Source: a bacterium (GTDB lineage Bacteria; Krumholzibacteriota; Krumholzibacteriia; G020349025). From it: DNA of 22,002 nucleotides. The translations under genes and the position numbers were made by a program. Under the pieces are notes generated by a model. It saw only the letters and a program-made list of their open reading frames with translations. It was not told the origin of the DNA and did not search any database. Positions 20,887 to 22,002 of the stretch are shown here, one piece after another. Within the stretch, counting starts at the first letter, position 1, and every line of letters begins with the position of its first letter. The stretch lies in NCBI GenBank assembly GCA_031362565.1, contig JANLSU010000024.1, positions 1-22,002 of the forward strand, read 5' to 3'.

Positions 20887-21330
20887 CGGAAGGTGTGCTG
20901 CCGCGCGGCGCGGTGCCGTGGGGTCCGCGCCGACAGCGCCGACAGCGCCGGCGGTTGCTGGAATCAGCCGATACGTCGTGAGCATATCCATATAGCAGCC
21001 GTACGCCTTGATATCGACCGCCGCCGTGAGACGCCGCTCGAGCAGCGGCACCATCACCTCGCGCAAGAACCGGCCGCGCGCCATCCACTGGAAGTAGTGC
21101 CGGCCACCATGGAAGTAGGGACCGAAGAGCTTGCCGCCGGGGAAATTCGCCTGAATCCAATCGAAGAGCTGCGAGTGGCGCGTGTGCATCCGGAGCGTGA
21201 TCTGCGGCTGCTTGCCATCGCCCCCAAAATGCCCCTCGCCCACGAGGATCCCCACCAAGAGCCCCTCGCGAAAGGCAATCTCGTCCGCCGAGCCCCCCAA
21301 CGGGGCCGGCGGCACCAAGTCGTGCTGCAT
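20830..21330 (-). CDS. Free-standing single-motif LAGLIDADG-like protein (166 aa)
   Basis: LVGILVGEGHF aligns to the LAGLIDADG helix, followed by QITLRM, a helix, GKLFGP and YFQWMARG, consistent with the LAGLIDADG fold. GGAGG RBS at 21340-21336 before ATG 21330. Confidence 0.7.
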   Translation of the reverse strand: MQHDLVPPAPLGGSADEIAFREGLLVGILVGEGHFGGDGKQPQITLRMHTRHSQLFDWIQANFPGGKLFGPYFHGGRHYFQWMARGRFLREVMVPLLERRLTAAVDIKAYGCYMDMLTTYRLIPATAGAVGAVGADPTAPRRAAAHLPSAPTPAARAGQATDSDHI

Positions 21331-21352
21331 CGACACCTCCCTCTCGGGATTC

Positions 21353-21381
21353 CTTGTACGCGCCGCCCCCGGCCCCGTCAA
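21353..21381 (-). promoter_or_regulatory. Putative promoter of the LAGLIDADG-like gene
   Basis: Minus strand TTGACG-N17-TACAAG, ending about 12 nt before the RBS. Confidence 0.55.
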
Positions 21382-21386
21382 CGCCT

Positions 21387-21415
21387 TGTTTCACCGTCTT
21401 GTTTCCCGTGGAACA
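21387..21415 (+). promoter_or_regulatory. Extended parS element, copy 1
   Basis: TGTTTCAC-CGTCT-TGTTTCCCGTGGAACA; the 16-mer at 21400-21415 has 1 mismatch to parS TGTTTCACGTGGAACA. Confidence 0.8.
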
Positions 21416-21482
21416 GTGACTCGCGCGGATCCACTCGGTTGGCTCGCCGCGGTTTCGGCGCCGCGCTGCCCCGTCGGCCCGC

Positions 21483-21511
21483 TGTTTCACCGTCTTGTTT
21501 CCTGTGGAACA
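21483..21511 (+). promoter_or_regulatory. Extended parS element, copy 2
   Basis: TGTTTCAC-CGTCT-TGTTTCCTGTGGAACA; 28/29 identical to copy 1. Confidence 0.75.
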
Positions 21512-21662
21512 CTCCAACGCCGCCCGCCTTGAGAGGAGGGGGTCGCTCTTCGGCTCCGTGCCCGCGTTGGTGGCGAACGCCTCTTCCCGAAGGCGCGGGT
21601 CGAGCCCGGCGAGCGACAACCGCCCGGATCGATGGATCCAGGCGGGCGAGGGCCCCAAAACT

Positions 21663-21680
21663 TTGTGAAATATTTCACAA
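21663..21680. promoter_or_regulatory. Rex-type operator (perfect 18-bp palindrome)
   Basis: TTGTGAA-ATAT-TTCACAA is an exact match to the Rex consensus TTGTGAA-N4-TTCACAA. Confidence 0.65.
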
Positions 21681-21786
21681 CTCGTTCTGGAACGAGTTGT
21701 TTTGAAGATAAAACATCGCTTTGAAATGACTTAAATTTCTATTGGCTGGTCGAAGCGACGCCACCGCCCCGGGGCCCGGAACCCGC

Positions 21787-21815
21787 TGTTCCACAGGAAA
21801 CAAGACGGTGAAACA
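21787..21815 (-). promoter_or_regulatory. Extended parS element, copy 3 (inverted)
   Basis: TGTTCCACAGGAAACAAGACGGTGAAACA is the exact reverse complement of copy 2. Confidence 0.75.
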
Positions 21816-21893
21816 ATCCCGGCGCGCCGGGTAGCCACCAGACGCGCCTGTCCCGACCCATCTCCCCACCCCGGTTGCCTCACTCACCCCCGT

Positions 21894-22002
21894 CTGCCTC
21901 ACCAGCCCCGTCTGCCTCACCAGCCCCGTCTGCCTCACCCGCCCCGTCTGCCTCACCAACCCCCTCTGCCACACCAGCCCCGTCTGCCGCACCAACCCCC
22001 TC
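21894..22002. repeat. 18-bp tandem repeat (VNTR), at least 6 units, truncated by the window end
   Basis: Consensus CTGCCTCACCAGCCCCGT with units starting at 21894, 21912, 21930, 21948, 21966 and 21984; a degenerate unit at 21875-21893. Confidence 0.95.

Noticed and set aside
20927..20950. 9-bp repeat GCGCCGACA, about 2.7 copies
   Set aside because: A short slippage repeat in the low-complexity tail of the LAGLIDADG-like gene, with no evidence of function.
21682..21695. LexA/SOS box
   Set aside because: The GTTC-N2-GAAC arrangement does not fit GAAC-N4-GTTC or CTGT-N8-ACAG.
21387..21815. CRISPR array, or MITE/transposon ends
   Set aside because: Only three copies with irregular spacing and one inverted; no cas or transposase gene in the window; no target-site duplication. 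The parS match and origin-proximal position explain them better.
21675..21995. 106-aa minus-strand ORF with LVRQTG repeats
   Set aside because: It is generated by the tandem repeat and runs through parS copy 3 and the palindromes; no coding evidence in the window.

Overview
High-GC bacterial chromosomal origin region with genes diverging from it. The leftward arm is dnaA-(hypothetical ORF)-oriC-dnaN-recF-dciA(DUF721)-gyrB-gyrA. The rightward arm is rpmH-rnpA-yidD-yidC-jag-mnmE-mnmG-[cheR-HDOD on the opposite strand]-rsmG. The left edge holds a Met/Cys/His-rich secreted protein and a partial ArnT/GT-C-like gene. The taxon cannot be established from sequence alone; the gene order and a GyrB without the enterobacterial insertion suggest a non-proteobacterial lineage. 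The most unusual part lies after rsmG, where parA normally follows. It holds a free-standing single-motif LAGLIDADG-like gene with its own promoter, abutting the first of three copies of a 29-bp extended parS element (a parS-like palindrome plus a perfect extra half-site). An AT-rich core between copies 2 and 3 carries a perfect Rex-type operator, and an 18-bp tandem repeat follows. A second Rex-like box lies in front of the ORF inserted between dnaA and the DnaA-trio unwinding site. Several start codons were moved from the ORF track using RBS and overlap evidence. All family assignments come from motif recognition by eye; no searches were run.
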